Origin: Candidatus Heimdallarchaeota archaeon
GTDB lineage: Archaea; Asgardarchaeota; Heimdallarchaeia; Heimdallarchaeales; Heimdallarchaeaceae
Reading direction: 5' to 3'
Length of the DNA stretch: 64,000 nucleotides
Assembly (NCBI GenBank): GCA_019057375.1
Contig: DXJF01000050.1
Location: forward strand, 64,001 to 128,000
Shown: piece by piece, positions 61,095 to 64,000 of the stretch
How the letters are laid out: each line of letters begins with the position of its first letter
Numbering within the stretch: the first letter of the stretch is position 1
Made by a program: the position numbers and the translations under genes
The notes under the pieces: generated by a model
Database searches by the model: none
Told to the model about the DNA's origin: nothing
Seen by the model: the letters and a program-made list of their open reading frames with translations, nothing else

Positions 61095-62567
61095 ATGTCA
61101 AAAGAAAAGATGAAAGGTATTTCGGTTAAGAAAAGTGAGGACTTTTCTAGATGGTACACAGAACTAATACAAAAGGCAGAACTAGCAGATATACGCTATA
61201 ACATTAAAGGTCTTGTTCCTTATCGAGCTTGGGCTTCTGTCTCTATAAAACGAATGTATGAAAAATACGAAAAATGTCTCGAAAAGAAGGGGCATCTGCC
61301 ATTAATAATGCCTACCTTAATACCGGAAAGAAACTTCTTACTGGAAGCAGATCACGTTGAAGGCTTTTCACCCCAAGTTTTCTGGGTTACACACGGTGGA
61401 GAGAAGAAACTAGAAGAAAAACTGGCTTTAAGACCAACTAGTGAAACTGCTCTTTATCAAATGTATTCGCTATGGATAAGAAGTTACAATGACTTGCCTT
61501 TCAAGAGATATGTCTCTGGACAAGTTTTCAGATTCGAAGGTGGAGACACCAGAGCTTTCTTCCGAGCCAGAGAGTTTCATTGGATTGAATCTCATGATGT
61601 TTTTGCAACAGAAGAAGAAGCTAGACAACAAGTCATTGAAGACATGGAAACAACATATGAAATGCTTCAAGATGAATTTGCTATTCCAATCATCTTTTTC
61701 CAAAGACCAGAATGGGATAAGTTTGCTGGAGCGGTTCACACATATGCAGCCGATGCTTTAATGGATTCAGGAAGAGTATTACAATTACCTTCAACACATC
61801 TGTTAGGACAAAATTTCTCTAAACCATTTAATGTTACATTTATGGATGAAAACAATGAAGAGAAGTATGGTTACATCACTTGTTATGGTCCAGCAATAAG
61901 CAGAATCTATGGAGCAATGATCTCATTACTCGGAGACGATCAAGGTTTAGTACTTCCATGGGATTTAGCGCCTATTCAGATTGTGATTATCCCAATCTAC
62001 AGAGCTGATACAAAGGAAATGGTTTTAGAAAAAGCAAGGGAATTAACACACCTCATCCAAGATTTAATTGACAATGTATACATTAAACTTGATGACAGAG
62101 ACTACGTAAGTCCTGGCGAGAAATTCAATGAATGGGAACTCAAAGGGGTACCTCTGAGGATTGAAATTGGACCTAAAGATATCGAGAATAATCAGATTGT
62201 TGCCGTAAATAGGATATCTGGTGAAAAACTAAAAGTAAAACAAGATGAACTGAATAGTTTTATAGAAAATTATTCAAACAATTTCACCAAACAGCTGAAG
62301 GAGAAATATTCTATTCAGTTTGAATCACAAGTGGAAATAGCAAATACAGTCGAGGAAGTTAAGAAAGCAATTGGTGAAAATAAGATTGCTTGTACTGGTT
62401 TCTGTTCAATTGATCTTGATGGAGAACCATGCGCTGAAATTATTGAAAAAGAAGTCAAGGCTCAAGTAAGAGGTAAGAGAGTTGATGCTGAAACTCACAA
62501 ATTCGAAAAATGTGTAGTTTGTGGTGGTCCAGCTCATGAAACAGTTTATGTAGCAAAAAGCTACTAA
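61095..62567 (+). CDS. proS: Proline--tRNA ligase, archaeal/eukaryotic type
   Basis: FSRWY, LRPTSET, FRFE, RAREFHW, STHLLGQNFSK, ELKGVPLRIEIGP, C-terminal Zn cysteines. Confidence 0.97.
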   Translation: MSKEKMKGISVKKSEDFSRWYTELIQKAELADIRYNIKGLVPYRAWASVSIKRMYEKYEKCLEKKGHLPLIMPTLIPERNFLLEADHVEGFSPQVFWVTHGGEKKLEEKLALRPTSETALYQMYSLWIRSYNDLPFKRYVSGQVFRFEGGDTRAFFRAREFHWIESHDVFATEEEARQQVIEDMETTYEMLQDEFAIPIIFFQRPEWDKFAGAVHTYAADALMDSGRVLQLPSTHLLGQNFSKPFNVTFMDENNEEKYGYITCYGPAISRIYGAMISLLGDDQGLVLPWDLAPIQIVIIPIYRADTKEMVLEKARELTHLIQDLIDNVYIKLDDRDYVSPGEKFNEWELKGVPLRIEIGPKDIENNQIVAVNRISGEKLKVKQDELNSFIENYSNNFTKQLKEKYSIQFESQVEIANTVEEVKKAIGENKIACTGFCSIDLDGEPCAEIIEKEVKAQVRGKRVDAETHKFEKCVVCGGPAHETVYVAKSY

Positions 62568-62600
62568 CTTTCTTTTTATTTTTCTTTTATTCAAAAAAAG
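62568..62600 (+). terminator. Oligo-T terminator after proS
   Basis: ctttctttttatttttcttttattc. Confidence 0.5.
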
Positions 62601-62628
62601 TCATATATTCATAAGAAATTTCTATACA

Positions 62629-63867
62629 GTGAATATATTGCTTGCGAACCAAGTTAGAGCTCTTTTATCTAAGAACACAATTCAAAAACAGATATCTAGA
62701 AGGGGCTTAATACACGAAATCACATATACTGCCCCAAGTCCAGGAACTTACGATCAACAGTGGTTTTGGGATTCGTGTCTTCATAGTTTAGTTTGGTCAG
62801 AATTAGGAGAGCAATCTAGAGCTATTCAAGAAATTACTAGTTTAATACTTGGGATGGATGAAAAACAATTCATTCCACACATGATCTTTTGGAAAAAAAT
62901 TAAGAATATTTACTGGTGGATTTTTGATAAACTATATCCAACTGATCTTTACTCTGAGTTAATTCAACCACCTTTAATTGGATATACAGTTCAGAAGCTA
63001 ACAGAAAAAGGTACTGAATTTGAGATAGAAATTATTGAGAGTATTCTTTCCCATTATAACTACTTAGCTAAATTGAGAGACCCAGAAAAGATGAATTTAA
63101 TTTCAATCATTCATCCTTGGGAAAGCGGTTTAGATTCATCCCCTAAATTCGATTTAGAATTAGCTAATAAGCGATTAATGCGATTTCATCAATGGAAACG
63201 TATGAGGGCACTCCTGAAAGAATCTGCAAAAAATGAGTGGAATCAAGAAATTATTGCAAAAAAATCTTCTTTTAGAGTGAAATGTGTTTTAACAAACACA
63301 TTATATGCGTTGGGAATGGAAGCATTTAGCGAGGTTCTAACCAAATACAACCTGAAAGATGCTGCTAAAGAATTAAAGGAAAAATCACAAGCTGTTTTGG
63401 ACAGTTTGATACAGAATTCTTGGAATGAAAAAGAGGAACTTTTTTTTGATATAAATTTGAATGCAAGTGAAAATAATCAAATCCATATAAATACAATTAC
63501 AGCCCTACTACCTCTAATGTTGGATATTCCCAAGGGTATCAAAGATAGTTTAATAACTCATTTAACCAATAGAACAGAATATTGGTCTGCTTATCCAGTA
63601 CCAACTGTTTCTATGAACGAGCGTTCCTTTAATCCTAACAACAGCCAGTTACTATGGAGAGGACCTACTTGGGTTAACACTAACTTCTTCATCTGGAAAG
63701 GATTGAAAAAGCACAATGAAAATTTATTAGCTAATGAACTTGCTCAGAAAACAAGAGAATTGGTAGAAAAATCAGGATTTAGAGAATTTTATAATCCAAT
63801 AACAGGAGCAGGTGGAGGAGCTAATAATTTTGGATGGTCGACACTCATTCTTTTAATGAGTAAATGA
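62629..63867 (+). CDS. (alpha/alpha)6 glycoside hydrolase, GH63 / mannosylglycerate hydrolase-like
   Basis: QWFWDS, IQPP, WESGLDSSP, WRGPTWVNTN, FREFYNP, FGWS. Confidence 0.85.
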   Translation: MNILLANQVRALLSKNTIQKQISRRGLIHEITYTAPSPGTYDQQWFWDSCLHSLVWSELGEQSRAIQEITSLILGMDEKQFIPHMIFWKKIKNIYWWIFDKLYPTDLYSELIQPPLIGYTVQKLTEKGTEFEIEIIESILSHYNYLAKLRDPEKMNLISIIHPWESGLDSSPKFDLELANKRLMRFHQWKRMRALLKESAKNEWNQEIIAKKSSFRVKCVLTNTLYALGMEAFSEVLTKYNLKDAAKELKEKSQAVLDSLIQNSWNEKEELFFDINLNASENNQIHINTITALLPLMLDIPKGIKDSLITHLTNRTEYWSAYPVPTVSMNERSFNPNNSQLLWRGPTWVNTNFFIWKGLKKHNENLLANELAQKTRELVEKSGFREFYNPITGAGGGANNFGWSTLILLMSK

Positions 63868-63882
63868 GGGGATTTTAAGAAA

Positions 63883-63999
63883 TCAGAGACTTCCTGTTAA
63901 CCAAATAACAAATCCAAGAATAATCAGTAATTGACCAGAAATATAGGTAAACATAGTAACAAATCTCGCATATCTAAATTCTTTAACAAATCGTCCTAT
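63883..63999 (-). CDS. Partial C-terminus of a membrane protein, YhhN/lysoplasmalogenase-like
   Basis: Not in the track. It reads IGRFVKEFRYARFVTMFTYISGQLLIILGFVIWLTGSL*, resembling the YhhN C-terminal (N)RF...TY..GQ..I motif. Confidence 0.5.
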   Translation of the reverse strand: MGRFVKEFRYARFVTMFTYISGQLLIILGFVIWLTGSL

Positions 64000-64000
64000 T

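Noticed and set aside
857-62594. Many short track ORFs antisense to or nested in long genes (for example 857-1108, 8537-8833, 22385-22648, 37367-37648, 41719-42048, 61470-61739)
   Set aside because: They are shadow frames of well-supported CDSs, rich in Ser/Ile/Phe and without motifs.
1-64000. Genome-wide stop-codon reassignment (TAA or TAG read as sense)
   Set aside because: TAA, TAG and TGA all end well-supported genes, including stop/start overlaps such as tldD/pmbA.

Overview
AT-rich, gene-dense archaeal chromosomal window, most likely from an Asgard archaeon (Heimdallarchaeia-like by inference). The assignment rests on a profilin, a Rab/Ras-like small GTPase, archaeal-type ProRS, tungsten AOR, TrmB/ArsR regulators, C-terminally anchored surface proteins and oligo-T terminators. 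About 50 CDS cover housekeeping and metabolism (agmatinase, RidA, TldD/PmbA, AOR, Hom, malic enzyme, TrxB, ProRS), signalling (REC-8xPAS-HK, PAS-PAS-GAF-HK plus REC), transporters, tandem sulfotransferases, an M23-like peptidase and DNA-repair genes. I saw no rRNA, tRNA, CRISPR array or transposase. The main leads are: (1) profilin is divergently paired, across a palindromic TATA-like site, with an 856-aa CdvA-like protein that has coiled coils and three split PRC-barrels; (2) the ORF track misses several reading-frame anomalies, namely in-frame TAA codons in an APH kinase, the small GTPase and a small ORF, a 1-nt frameshift, and an ATC start behind a perfect Shine-Dalgarno; (3) there is a triple TTCTCA-N6-TGAGAA operator array. 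All family calls come from motif recognition by eye, with no database searches run.
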